Assembly (NCBI GenBank): GCA_050613775.1
Contig: JBODTK010000107.1
Coordinates: 1 to 64,000, forward strand
DNA length: 64,000 bases
Source: Neocallimastix sp. 'constans'
Lineage: Eukaryota
Reading direction: 5' to 3'
The translations under genes were made by a program, and so were the position numbers. The first letter of the stretch is position 1, and each line of letters begins with the position of its first letter. The notes below the pieces were generated by a model. It did not search any database. It was not told the origin of the DNA and saw only the letters and a list, made by a program, of their open reading frames with translations. Positions 33,453 to 46,580 of this stretch are shown here, one piece after another.

Positions 33453-33618
33453 TCGTGCATAGATTTCCGGGTTAAGTTTATCCTACATAGTAATTGGGCT
33501 AGTAGGCTCTGGACTGCTATTTTTTATATTGAAAATAGTAACCGTGGCACACGCGTGACATGACACTTTTCAAGAGGTAAGCTGCACGTCAGACAGTGTG
33601 TACTATCAGATTGTACGA
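33453..33618 (+). promoter_or_regulatory. Conserved structured leader RNA element (D copy)
   Basis: Homolog of 6910-7070. Confidence 0.75.
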
Positions 33619-33773
33619 TTATTATAATTTAATAAGTGATTAATAATAATAAATAATTAATAATTTTATTAGTTAAAAGATTTATTTTTTTTAATTTTTT
33701 TTATTTTCACTTTTTTATAACAATTTATACATTACGAGGTTTAGCATTCTATAGATACAATAAATTTTATTTT

Positions 33774-34691
33774 ATGAGAACATCCAGTACTTCCAGTACT
33801 CCAACAGAGAGTACTCCAGAAAGTAAGCTTAGCTTCAGAGAATTAAAGAAAGAATTAAAAGATTTTGAAAAGCTTACTAAACAAAACCTTGACATCAATT
33901 CCTGGGCAAATGAGTTAAAGGCATGGATAAAATACCAACATATTAAGGATCCTGAAACTATTTTTACTGCTTGTATATTAACGGCTTCTGGAGAACCAAG
34001 AGAAATTATCCAAGAACTAGAAGATGGAAATGACCTTACTGAAGATGAAGATTCTGATTTCGATAGCGATAGTGAAGGAGAAGATGATGAAGAAAGTGAA
34101 TCTACTAACACCTACCCAAGCCTTGATGAAATCATAAATCATTTGAAGACTTTCTATGGACTTAAAGAAGATCAAACCAACTTGTTACGAGAATTGCGTT
34201 CCATGAAAATAAAGAAGAACGAGAAAGTTAAAGATTTTAATGTCCGTTATAGATCTTTGTACCATAAATTGGATAAAAAGAGAAGAAGAAAAATTAGTGT
34301 TTTAGATTATGCAGATTCCTTAACCAATAATCCTGACGCATGGAGAAAGGTTATGCTTAAAGACCATATTTCTATTACCAAAGCATTCGCTATAGCTGAA
34401 AAAGTTGATCGTTTATCTATTAAAAATAGTACTGAATATTATGATAAGACTCGTTACAATCTCCTTAACTCTAAAAGTAATTTTAATAAGAACATTTCAA
34501 ATGATTTTAACAAACCAAAAACCCACAAAAATGTATCTATAGAAAATCTCACTAACAAGATGAAAGAAATGAAAATTAGTACTTGCTGGTTTTGTAGCAA
34601 TGAAGGACATACCAAACGAAACTGTCCTAAATTAAATTCTATATTGGAAAATAACCGCAAGAAGTTTTATGAAAATCATTTAAACCACTAA
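33774..34691 (+). CDS. gag: Gag (element D), 305 aa
   Basis: Homologous to gag A; CWFCSNEGHTKRNC; TTTAAAC at 34679-34685. Confidence 0.94.
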   Translation: MRTSSTSSTPTESTPESKLSFRELKKELKDFEKLTKQNLDINSWANELKAWIKYQHIKDPETIFTACILTASGEPREIIQELEDGNDLTEDEDSDFDSDSEGEDDEESESTNTYPSLDEIINHLKTFYGLKEDQTNLLRELRSMKIKKNEKVKDFNVRYRSLYHKLDKKRRRKISVLDYADSLTNNPDAWRKVMLKDHISITKAFAIAEKVDRLSIKNSTEYYDKTRYNLLNSKSNFNKNISNDFNKPKTHKNVSIENLTNKMKEMKISTCWFCSNEGHTKRNCPKLNSILENNRKKFYENHLNH

Positions 34692-37600
34692 AAGGGAGTA
34701 GAAGCACTCCCATCGTCAAAAAAATTGCTTCAGTCTGCCATCGTTCCAAAACAGTTGACATAAAAGAAGATGATGATTATGAAGAAACTGCTGATTTCCA
34801 AGAAGGTACTACTACGGATTATTACGAAGATTTTGATGATGAGTCGGATGGTTCCAAAGAATTGGATTACTTAGTAAACGTTATAAAGAGAAAGGCAAAT
34901 CCTAAAGATGAAGAGACTAGTGACCAAAGAGGAAAGAGGGTTCACCGTAATCTAAGAGATGATCCTAAGCCAATAGTTACTCCAGGTTTACGAAAACAAA
35001 AAGAAAATCAATTAAGGGGAACATCGCGACCAGTCAAAAAGCCAACAACTCAATTACATCCTTCGATTATGGCTCAACCCAGAATAGAGAAAGAAAAGAG
35101 AATTGAGAAAGAGCTAAGAGATAAGGAAAGAGCTAGTACTAGTACTTCTGTGGAAAATAATAAAAATAGTAATGTTAATATTATTAATGAAGAAACTTCT
35201 CAGGAAGGAAATAATTCTAAACAAACTTTAAATAAATTAATTCAAGAAAAATCATCAGAAAAGTCAACTGAAATTATGCCAACTAGAATTCCAAGAAGAA
35301 TACAAATGCAAACTGATTGTGATAGTTATGACGTGATCAAAGATTTAAACTCCAGTAATTGCAATATTACATTTGGACAATTATTGGACGTTGCTCCAAA
35401 GATACGGTCTCAAGTATCACAAGGACTTAAATTAGAAAAGAATAATACTAAAATTTCAGGTGCAGTGGATAATATGTGTGCTACTACAATAATAACGAAC
35501 AATATAGATCATACATATAAAAGTAAACATCATGAACCACAAGAAGATGATATTGCTATGGTTGATGTAATAGTAGATGAAGTTCGTGGTAAGGCTTTAA
35601 TAGATTCATGTAGCAACTTAAGTATTATCACAAAGCAATTTTTAGATAAATTACCTTATCAGTATGAACCTATAGGAGTTAGTGCAGGACGAATACGTTT
35701 AGCAACGATGAATGATGATTACTCAGAAGATGTGTTAATCAAAGTTCCCGTAAAAATTAATGAACTAGAACTACTTGTTACGTGTAGAATTATAGACAAG
35801 GAGGATCCATTCTATGATATATTAATCAACCTCAAAACTCAAATTGATAACCAGTTATTTATACATCCAATTAGATATAGTCTTTGTCGATTTAATGATC
35901 AAGGTTTAATTGAAGAAATTGCACCTATTAATAATGAATATGATGACGAAGAAAAATTATTATGTGTAATCAAAGCATTGAATCACCAAGAAGCTAAGCA
36001 ACAATTGAAAACGATTGAAGGATTACCACCCATAAAATATATATATGACACAGTTTTTCAAAGTACAATTAATTCAAATTATAGAGAAGCTATTACTAAA
36101 TTACTTGAAGAATATATTGATATAATTGCAACTTCTTCTGAAGAATTAACACCTTCAGATTTATCACCACACAAAATTATTCTTAAGGAAGGAGTTAAAC
36201 CTATTAAACAAAAATTTTATCGACTTAGTAAATTAAAAACAGATATCTTAAAAGAAGAATTAACCAAACTCATATATAAACGATTAATTGAACTTTCATG
36301 TTCAGAATGGTCATCACCAGTAGTACTTGTGCCTAAAAAGAACGGTAAATGGCGCCTGTGTATTGACTATAGGAAAGTAAATGAAGCAACTAAGAAGGAT
36401 TCTTATTCTTTACCAAATATTGAGGAAATTTTTGATAGCTTAGATGGAGCAAAAATCTTTTCAATATTAGATCTTTATTCCGGTTATCATCAAATATTAA
36501 TGGATGATGATAGTGTTGAAATCACTACCTTTACAACTAAGTTCGGAAACTACCAATTCAAGGTAATGTCCTTCGGTTTAACAGGTGCTCCAGCTACATT
36601 CCAAAGAGAAATGAACCGTATACTATTTCCCTTAATAGGAAAATGCGTCTATAACTTTATCGATGATATTTTAATCTACTCAAGAACTGAAGAAGAACAT
36701 CTAGAACATCTTAAACAAGTCTTAGAAATATTCAAGGAACATAAGTTAAAAATCAATATTGAAAAATGTTCTTTCATGCAAACTGAAGTAGAAGTACTGG
36801 GACATAAAGTATCCTCGGAAGGTTTAAGTCCATTGGAAATCAAAGTTAAAGCTATTAAAGAATGGAAGGCTCCCTCTAACATTCATGAACTTCGATCATT
36901 TTTAGGAGCCATTGGATATTATAGAAATTTCATTAAGGACTTTGCAAAAGTTACTGCACCTCTATGCACTCTATTAAGAAAAGGTGTTAAGTTTGAATGG
37001 AAAAAGGAACAAGAAGAAAGTTTTAAAATTCTTAAGGAAAGATTAATCAATGCCCCAATATTAAGATTTCCTAGATTCGATAGAGAATTTGTTATAAGAA
37101 CAGATGCTTCCCATGATGGTATAGGCGGTGTGCTTTTACAAAAGGATGATGAAACTGGAAAGGAACATCCGGTTTATTATATTAGTAGAAGTTTATCTAA
37201 ATCGGAAAAGAATTATGGAATTACGGATCTAGAAGGTGCTGCTCTAATTTACTGTATTAATAAATTAAAATCTTATATTATGGGAAATCCTAAGCAAACT
37301 ATAGTATATACAGATCATAGACCATTAATCGGATTACTTAAAAGGAAGGAACCACAAAATTCTCGTCATACTAGATGGTGTTTGACTGTCAGTATGTTAG
37401 GAATTGATTTACGATATGAAACTGGAAAGAATAATGTTGTCGCAGATGCTTTATCAAGAATGAAAAATGAAAAAGAAAAAGTTGTCTTAACAACACAAAT
37501 TATCAAGGAACAAGATGAAAACCTGCTTTCAAGAACCATTAAGGAATTTATTGAAGAAAAATTTACGACAATTGATGGTGTGGACTACTTTGTTGATGGC

Positions 37601-38530
37601 AATAATTATAGAAAATTAGTTACAGATACAAAAGAAAAGTTTCAATTAATTTTTCAAGCACACAGTATAGGACACGAAGGCTATTACAAGACATACCAAC
37701 GTTTGAAAAAGAGCTACTATTGGAACAATATGGTTAATGACATTAAGCGAATTATAGGTAAATGTGAAAAATGTCAATTAAATAAATCTCAACCATACCC
37801 TGAACCAACGGAAGATAAACCAACTGAAGTGGAAGGACCATTTACTCACTTAGGATTGGACATTATAGGACCTCTAAGTAAAACCAGAAATAATAATCAA
37901 TATATAATCGTTGTGGTTGATTATTTTACTAAATGGGTTGAGGCAGAACCCACTGAAAATGTTACTTCTCAGGATGTGATAAAATTTTTAATTAATGTAT
38001 TTGCTCGACATGGTGTACCTCAAATTATCACTACTGATAATGGAACACAATTTACATCAGATATGACAAAAATCTTCCTTGATTTATATGATGTATATGT
38101 TAAATTTATCACTCTATATCATCCTGAAAGCAATGGTTTAGTTGAGAATCGTAATAAAGAAATTGGAAAATTATTACGATTACTAGGACAATAACACAAA
38201 GAATGGGATGAAATTTTACCATCTGCACTTTGGGCTTTAAGAACTACTAAAAACTCAATCACCAACCATTCAAGTTTTGAATTAGTTTATGGAAGGGAGG
38301 ACCAACAACCTTTTGACATTGCTGCCAGACCAACTAAGGGAATAAATAAGTCTTCTGACGAAATTCTACTGGAAAAATTTGTATCACACTACCAATGGGT
38401 AATGGAGGCCGCATCTAATATCAAAAATGCTTCGAAGTATTGGGCTACTAGGAGAGAAGAAAAGACCAGTATGAATCAAACTAAAAGAATAAAACCAGGT
38501 GATTTAGTACTAGTAAGAAACTTTAATCGA

Positions 38531-39142
38531 TGTAACGAATATTGGAATATCCGTGTTTTAAAGAGTGTAACACAATAGGTAAGCACTTTTTGATTAATAA
38601 GTAATTTGGTTTTTTAAAATATAGTTTTATTAATTAAGAAATTTAAAAATATTAATTATAAAGATTAATTATTGTAATATTTCGAATTACTTATTAATTA
38701 ATTCAATAATTAATAAAAAACACAATTTTTTAAAAAATATTTTTTTTTTTGGCTGCGAAATTCACTCCTATTTATAGTTTTTCAAAATTTAAATCCATAA
38801 AAATTTAAAACCATAAAATCATTAAAAAGTTTCATAAAAATTGATTATTTTCGGTTAAAAAGAATCTAAAAGAAATAATGATAAAAGATAAATTAAAATA
38901 GAATTTCTATCTGATTTGTTTCTATTAATTTCTAAGAATTTCTTTTGTTAATTTTTTACAGAAATTTATACAGAAACAAATACAGAAACAAATACAGAAA
39001 TGAAGTATAAAAATTCTTTAAAATTTAAATGATATAAAATTTTAGTAAAGGTGTGAGTCGAACCCTCGTGGTTCAGGCTGAGGTCATAGTGACTAACCAC
39101 TATGCCAGCATTCTAATTTCTAGTTTTTTAAGATTCGTTACA
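38531..39142 (-). mobile_element. Nested solo LTR F from an unrelated family, 5-bp TSD ATCGA
   Basis: TGTAACGAAT..ATTCGTTACA terminal inverted ends; ATCGA at 38526-38530 and 39143-39147; CTATAAATAGG on the minus strand at 38767-38777. Confidence 0.9.
39046..39114 (-). promoter_or_regulatory. tRNA-like Pol III A-box/B-box module inside solo LTR F
   Basis: Minus strand TGGCATAGTGG (39107-39097) and GGTTCGACTC (39064-39055) at tRNA spacing; no clean cloverleaf. Confidence 0.65.
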
Positions 39143-39320
39143 ATCGAACTAAATTAGAACCTTATTTTGTTGGACCTATGAAAGTGGTAAAGAAACAATT
39201 CAATACAGTCACTTTAGCCGATCCTGCTACTAATATACAAATGAATCGTAATGTTCATTTGAAAAATATTGTCAAGTTTAACTCAGCTTCTACCTAGCTT
39301 GAGTCTTAGCGGGGGCATCT

Positions 39321-40105
39321 TAATACAGAATGAACAAATAATACTAATTGTGCTAGAATAATATAAATTATTCTAACCTTATAGATTATTCTATTCTATA
39401 TAATTGGAACTTTCCAATATTCTTCAAATATTACTAAATAGAAATCTTAAGTTAATAAATCACTAATTAACTTATAATTCTTTTTTGAATTATCGATCCG
39501 ATTCCATTATAATGTATTAAAAATCTTTAGCCAAGAATATTGTCCTTGCCCACTTAATATATTAATATTATATTTCTTTTGTATTATGTTATATTGAAAA
39601 TAATCAAATCTATTTAATTAGTTATTAAAATTTTCGTTATCAATTTAAATTTATTTTTAATTACTAAATTTAACTAAACCACAATAAAATATTCTGTATA
39701 ATCTCTTTATATTTTATTTCACTAAAAATTACATGTATTTATATTTTTTTATCAAATTAAAATTTGTAAAGCCTAACTATTTTTTTAATAAACTAATTAC
39801 TAATTATTTTTATAAATAAAACTTTTAAATTGAAATTGAATTATTATTTTAGTTAATAATATTATTGTTATAAATAGTAGTTATATATTATTGAATTATT
39901 AATTATTTAATAATAGTTTAATACTAATATATATAAAATAAAAATAATCAATAACTTACTTTTATTAAATAAATAATTATATTATTATTTTTCTTTTATA
40001 AATTTAAATAAATAAACATTGATTTTAAAACAAAATTATTTTTATTGTAATTTTATTATTTGTGTTAATTATTATTATATTCCTAAAACTATATGAACCA
40101 TACCA
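39321..40105 (+). repeat. 3' LTR of D with an internal ~230-bp inversion
   Basis: Follows GGGGGCATCT; ~39712-39945 is the reverse complement of ~32870-33102. Confidence 0.93.
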
Positions 40106-40125
40106 TACATGAAGAAATAAAAAAG

Positions 40126-40168
<43 letters not shown>

Positions 40169-40536
40169 AAATATTCAATTTAACATTTATAAATATTTGA
40201 AATTAGATATTTATAAATAACTGAAATTTACAAATATGATAATAATCATCATAAATATGTAAATATATATACGTATCTAATGAAAAAAAAAAAAAATTTA
40301 TATAAATTATTGACTTTCTTGTTTGCTTCATCCTTCACTTCTTTTATATAAAATATAGATAAAAATTTGAATTAATATATATTATAGCTAAGGTCAATAC
40401 AACTTAAAATCTTGCCATTCGTAATTGACGTGTGGAATAAAAACACAAATGTCTAACGCTTTATTTTTGACAATTTCAATATTATACAGAATTAGAATAT
40501 CTCCATTTATTATAATATTACTATTACTATTATTAC

Positions 40537-40571
<35 letters not shown>

Positions 40572-40726
40572 TCATTAAAATAATGAATTACTATTTTTCT
40601 TAAGTTTCTCTTTCTAATATTTTTTTATAAATTTTATTTTTAATTATTTTCTATTTTGCTTTTCAATCATTAAAGACAAAAAACAAAAAATAAAAATAAT
40701 GAATAAATAAATAAATAAATAAATAA

Positions 40727-40759
<33 letters not shown>

Positions 40760-41054
40760 ATATAAACAAATTATTAATTTTTTATCTAATTTTTAATTTT
40801 TATTTTTTAATGTTTCGTATTCATTTCTCTTTTATATTACTTTATTTTATTATCAAACTCTTTTATAAAAATGAATATAATTTTAAATAATTTTTTTTTC
40901 TAAATTTTCTTTCAGTTTTTCTTTTCTTTTTGGTAACAGTTCTATTTTTTTTTTTTTTCTTTATTTTTTATTTTTCTAAATTTTCTTTGAGTAATTTTTT
41001 TATCACTAAACTATATTAATATTTTTATTACTATATTTTTTATTTTATCATTTT

Positions 41055-41102
<48 letters not shown>

Positions 41103-41199
41103 ATTTTAATTTATTATATATTATATATAAATACTGGTTAAAATATCATTTATTGATATAAATAAATATAAATATATAAATATAAATTTAATAAAACTA

Positions 41200-41244
<45 letters not shown>

Positions 41245-41399
41245 AAAAGATTTCATATTAAATTTTAGGTTTGAATTTATAATTAAATATAATGGTTTCC
41301 TAAATAATAAAATTAAATCTTTTTCGTTCTTTTTTTTTTCTTTTTTTTTTTTTTTTTCTTAACTTCTAATAAAAAATATTTCATAAAATTATAACTAGT

Positions 41400-41432
<33 letters not shown>

Positions 41433-41926
41433 ATTTTTAATTTTCATTTTAAATTAAAATTTTTTTGTTTATATTGTTGCCTATTTCTTCTTTAATTCTT
41501 TTTTAATAATTTATTAAAAAAATTATATATACTAATTCTAATAACATTTTTTAAAATTATCAATTTCTTTTTGGAATTACTATTTTTATAATTTAAAAAC
41601 TTCTTCCTACTATATTCATGTGATAACTTTTTTTTTTCTTTTATTAATAATATTAAAATTTGTTTTGTATTTATAATTATTTTTGAATTAAAAAAGAATA
41701 AAGATTATTAATTTTTTGTTTCAAAAAAAAAAAAAAAATAAAATAAAGTCAATACAAATATGCATTTTTCTTTAATTTTACTTTTATTTTTAAATCAAAA
41801 TAAAAATAAAAATTGGAATCATCCCATGAATATTTAAATAATTTACTCTAATATTTCTATTTAAATGTTTTGTTTTTTGAATTTATTCAATGGGATAGGC
41901 TGGTATGTTTGAATAACATTTTTCTA

Positions 41927-41957
<31 letters not shown>

Positions 41958-42110
41958 TATTACTGATTATTTTATTATTAATTTGTTTTATTATTATTAT
42001 TATCTTCATTAATATTTTGTTTAAAAAAAAAATACTTCAATATGAAATATCGGATGTTTAAATTATATTATTATTATTATGATTATTATTATTTTTACTA
42101 ATTTATTTAA

Positions 42111-44093
42111 TTAGAAACCAACTAAATTGAATTTTGGTAAAGTATACATGCCATTGAAATCTTTAAAATTATCTGGGGTTGAAAATGAATAATTATTACT
42201 ATGCTTAAATTTATAAAAGCCAAAATTCTTATTTGTATGACGTCTCATTCTATAGTCATCTTCTTCTAAATTTATAATATTGGTATCATTTTTTACAGAT
42301 TTACTACTAGTATCAATATTTTGTAACCATGGATGTGAAAGTATTTGATTTAATGTAGCTCTACTTTGTGGGGTATATTTAAGAATGGCACCTATTAAAT
42401 TTTTAGCATCTTTATCAACTTCAACTCCTGATGAGAATTTGTAATTAACCATTGCAATTCTATGATACATTGATTGAATTCTTTCTCCATTTTTGTGATA
42501 AAATGGTAAATGTCCCACATTAATAGCATATAAAATAATACCGAGAGCCCAAATATCAGTTTTTTGTGGATCATATGCCTTGCGAGTAACAATTTCTGGA
42601 GAGGTATATCTATAATAATGAAATTAAATCGTTTATATTTTTTAACAATAAATAAAATAAATTAATTAAATTAAAAAGTTAGCATATATATTTTTAAAAT
42701 AATTAAAATATAATTTTTTTTTCAAAATTTTATAAAATTAACATTTTTCAATAAAAAAAATTTACCAGAGTTTATATTTTCTAAAGTTTATAAATATTTA
42801 AATAACTTTCAATAAATAAAAAATTATTAAAACTACAACTTACTCTTCACTACCACAACGATGGGTAAATAATTCATTTGGTTTGAATCTAGTAGCTAAA
42901 TTGAAATCAGCTAACTTTACATTATTATCTTTATCAAGTAATACATTTTCAACCTTTAAATCACGATGACTAATATTATTCTCATGAAGATATTTAACAG
43001 CTATTTTCATTATATATTTTTAAAGTTGAATTAATATTCTATATTATTTTCAAAATATAAACATAAAAATATATTGATATACCTTCTACTAATTCCTTAA
43101 ATATCTTCTTTTTATCTTCTATTGTAAAATTTTGGAAATTATCGACAATCAAATCATATAACTCACCATTTTCACAATATTCCATTACAATACAAAGTAC
43201 AGTTGAGGTTTCAATGACATCAATTAGTTTAACAATATTTTTATGATCTATTGACTATATAATATATTTAAATTATTTATAAAAATTTAATATAAAAATA
43301 TTAAATTACATATACATTTTATATATTGGATTTTTTAAAAAAATTATATTAATATTATATATTTTAATAATATTTCATATAAATATATATCGTATAAGAT
43401 ACTTTTTTTGATAAAATTATTTACCTTCATTAATTTTATTTCGTCATAAATACTACTAGCTTCTGGACCAACGAAGTTTACTTTATCAATAAATTTCATA
43501 GCAACTAAATCACCAGTTTTCATATCTTTAGCTAAATGAACTGTAGCAAATGAACCTGTACCTAAATGCTTTAACATTTCATATCTACCATATTTAATTT
43601 CATGTTTATTTGGAATATTTTTAAATTCAATTTTTGGAGCAGGTTTTGGTTTATTTAAAGCGTGATCAGTATTAAAGAAATCCCAATGTCTTGATGGTTT
43701 AGATCCTGGTACTGGACTAGTTTTTATTGACTTTTTTCCTGATTTATTAAAATCTTCCTTATCATAACTTATCTTTAAATGTTTTGGTGAAGTATATGCA
43801 TTATTTAATGTACCTTTATACATATACTTCACCTTGTATTTCAATGAATTTACTTCATCTTTGGGTGGATTAACTGTACCTGTTGGTCGATTTTGATCGA
43901 TTCTAATAACTGGTCGTATTTTTGAACTAATTGGACTTCTACACGTATTAATTGGATTAATTGAAACATTACCACTAGTTGCAATATTACACGTGGCTTG
44001 TTTTATAGGTACTACTGGTGAATAGTAAGAAGACGGAGGAATAATTGTTTGGCCCTTAGCCATAGCTTGAGTTTGGCAATTTCCTGTTCCCAT
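42111..44093 (-). CDS. Ser/Thr protein kinase, CAMK-like; exons 44093-43425, 43254-43083, 43000-42844, 42609-42111 (498 aa)
   Basis: [45 protein letters not shown]; three GT-AG introns keep the frame. Confidence 0.93.
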
Positions 44094-45350
44094 TAATTTC
44101 TTATATTATAGTAATAACTAAAAGGCGTCAATAATAGTTCGCGAGTACTTCGATTATACTATTTGATCTCTTTTCTTTTTTCTATGTTTATAAGAATATA
44201 ATTAAAGTATTTTATTTTACTTATTTTATAATTTAACGTATGTATATAAAAACTTAAATAATATATATATAAATATTAAAGTTCTTTTATTAAATATAAA
44301 TTTAATTTTAAAATTTTCATTTTTTTTTCTATTTTTTTTTTTTTATAAAAAACAGTTCTTTATTTAAAATATAAATTATTTATATTTTATTACTTTATAT
44401 TATAACTTTTTCAAAATTATTATTATATATTTCTATGATTAAGAATAATATATATATCTTTATATTACTTACTTTTATTTAAAGGAAATAGTTAACTATT
44501 AAACGAAAGACTTAAATAACTATTTCTTCTAAATAATAAACTCTTAAAAGCCTTTTAACTATAGCATTTGATTAAAAAAAATAATATATTAAGAATTTGT
44601 TAATTACTTATTAAATTTTAAATTATAATTATCAATAAATATTTATTTCTTATATATTATAATTTCTGAACTCTACAAAAATACTTTATTTCTTATTATT
44701 TTTTTAACTTTTTTTTTGTTTTAATTTTGACTTTACTTTTCAATATTTTTTATTTTTTTTAATAAATTATATTTATAAACAATTAATCCTATTTTTTTTT
44801 TATAATACTTATTTTAAGAATATTATATTTTTTAAAGTATTAAAAAAATAATAATTATAAAGAATTTATTATTTACAATTTTTTTTTTTTTTTTTTATTT
44901 TCCTTTATTTGTTATTTGTCGTTCGCTGTTGTTTTTTTAACTTTTTATTTTATTATAATATGTTAAAATAATAATTCTTTTTAAAGATTTGCTTATTATA
45001 TATTATATATTATATATAAATGTAAATGCGATTAATATTTAATTATATATATATATATATTTTCAACTTTCAAGTCTTTTACATATTATTTTTTTAAAAT
45101 AAATAATATTTAATGAATTACGATATTTAAATTAATATTAAAAGAATTAAAACATTTCTAATTATTTTATATTATTATAAATAGTAAAAGGTAAACGAAA
45201 TTAAATAAAATAATTGTTTAAGATATAAAGTGGTAAAAAAGAACGAAAGAATTATATTAATTTAACAATAAAATGAAAATCGTATTTTTAATTATTTTAA
45301 TTTTGCTGTTGAATTGTTTAAAAAAAGTCATTAAATAATATATATTAATG

Positions 45351-45382
<32 letters not shown>

Positions 45383-46477
45383 AAAAAAACTGATTAATAA
45401 AAATAGTACATTTTTTTTTATTTTATAAAAAAATATAAAAATATATATATATTAATATTTACTATTATTATTATATAATAATATTAATGAAAGATATATT
45501 TTCTTATATGGTAAATAATAATAAATAATAAATAAATAGATAGTAATAAATAATAAATTATAAATAATAAATAAATAATAAATAATAAATAAAAAATAAA
45601 TAATAAATAATAATATATAATAAATAATATTATAAAATAAATAATAAATAGTAATAAATAAATAGAAGATTATTATATTTATATTTTTTTCTATTTGCTA
45701 TTAATGAATATATGTTAATATATAGTATATATTTAATACAAGTAAATATTATAATATATAATATATTTAGTATAGTAATTTATAATAGAAATATATAAAA
45801 TTTTTTTTAAACCAATCTATTAAATAAGAATAATAGTCAATTTAAAATTATTAAAATATTAAATAACTTATTTTGATTTCCCAATAATTAATATAAGGTA
45901 CATATATTAATATAATATAAATAGATATATTTTTAATATATATGATATATAAAATATAATATATTTAATTAGTAAATATTAATATTCGTTATATAAAAAA
46001 TAACCATTGATTTTTATTTATTCACTTCTAATGTAGATATATTATAGAAAAGCACCTATTTAAAATACTTTAATATATTGTTTTTTTTTAAAATATAAAA
46101 TAAAAATTTAATTTAAAAAATATATTATAATATATTATAAAATAAAAATAGTATATATGATTATTATTAATAAATATAATATATTTCTCCATTTAATATA
46201 TGTATATGAAAGTATTATCTTAATATATTATAAAAGAATAAACAAAATATATTATGTAGTATAGTGACAAAATAAAAATACTTTTTTAATTAATAAATTA
46301 ATTAATAGTTAAAAGAAAAAAAAAAAAAGGAATTAAATTCTTTAAAGAAAAAGATTGCTGACCTAAATTTTAAGCATCATGTTTTAAATTTTTAATATAG
46401 ACCTAATTAAACAAATTTAAATGATATATATTGAGTTTATTTTAATATTTATGAAGTATAAAATAATAAATATAAAG

Positions 46478-46580
46478 TAATAAATAAAAAGAATAAAAAG
46501 TAATAAATAAAAAGTAATAAATAAAAAGTAATAAATAAAAAGTAATAAATAAAAAGTAATAAATAAAAAGTAATAAATAA
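46478..46580 (+). repeat. 14-bp minisatellite (TAATAAATAAAAAG)n
   Basis: About 6 tandem units. Confidence 0.75.

Larger units (their letters stand above)
34862..39297 (+). pseudogene. pol: Pol of element D, disrupted in integrase
   Basis: Premature TAA at 38192-38194; the frame continues (EWDEILPSALWALRT) to 38530, is split by the solo LTR, and resumes TKLEPYFVGP to TAG at 39295-39297. Confidence 0.93.
32480..40105 (+). mobile_element. Ty3/gypsy element, family D (related to A), defective, TSD TACA
   Basis: 785-bp LTRs 32480-33264 and 39321-40105, PBS at 33273, gag, interrupted pol; TACA at 32476-32479 and 40106-40109. Confidence 0.95.

Noticed and set aside
482..36882. Short antisense or overlapping ORFs within gag and pol (e.g. 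482-727, 17460-17786, 28761-29177, 33767-34111)
   Set aside because: Shadow frames of AT-rich coding sequence, not conserved between families.
39046..39114. Functional tRNA gene
   Set aside because: A and B boxes are present, but I could not form acceptor and anticodon stems.
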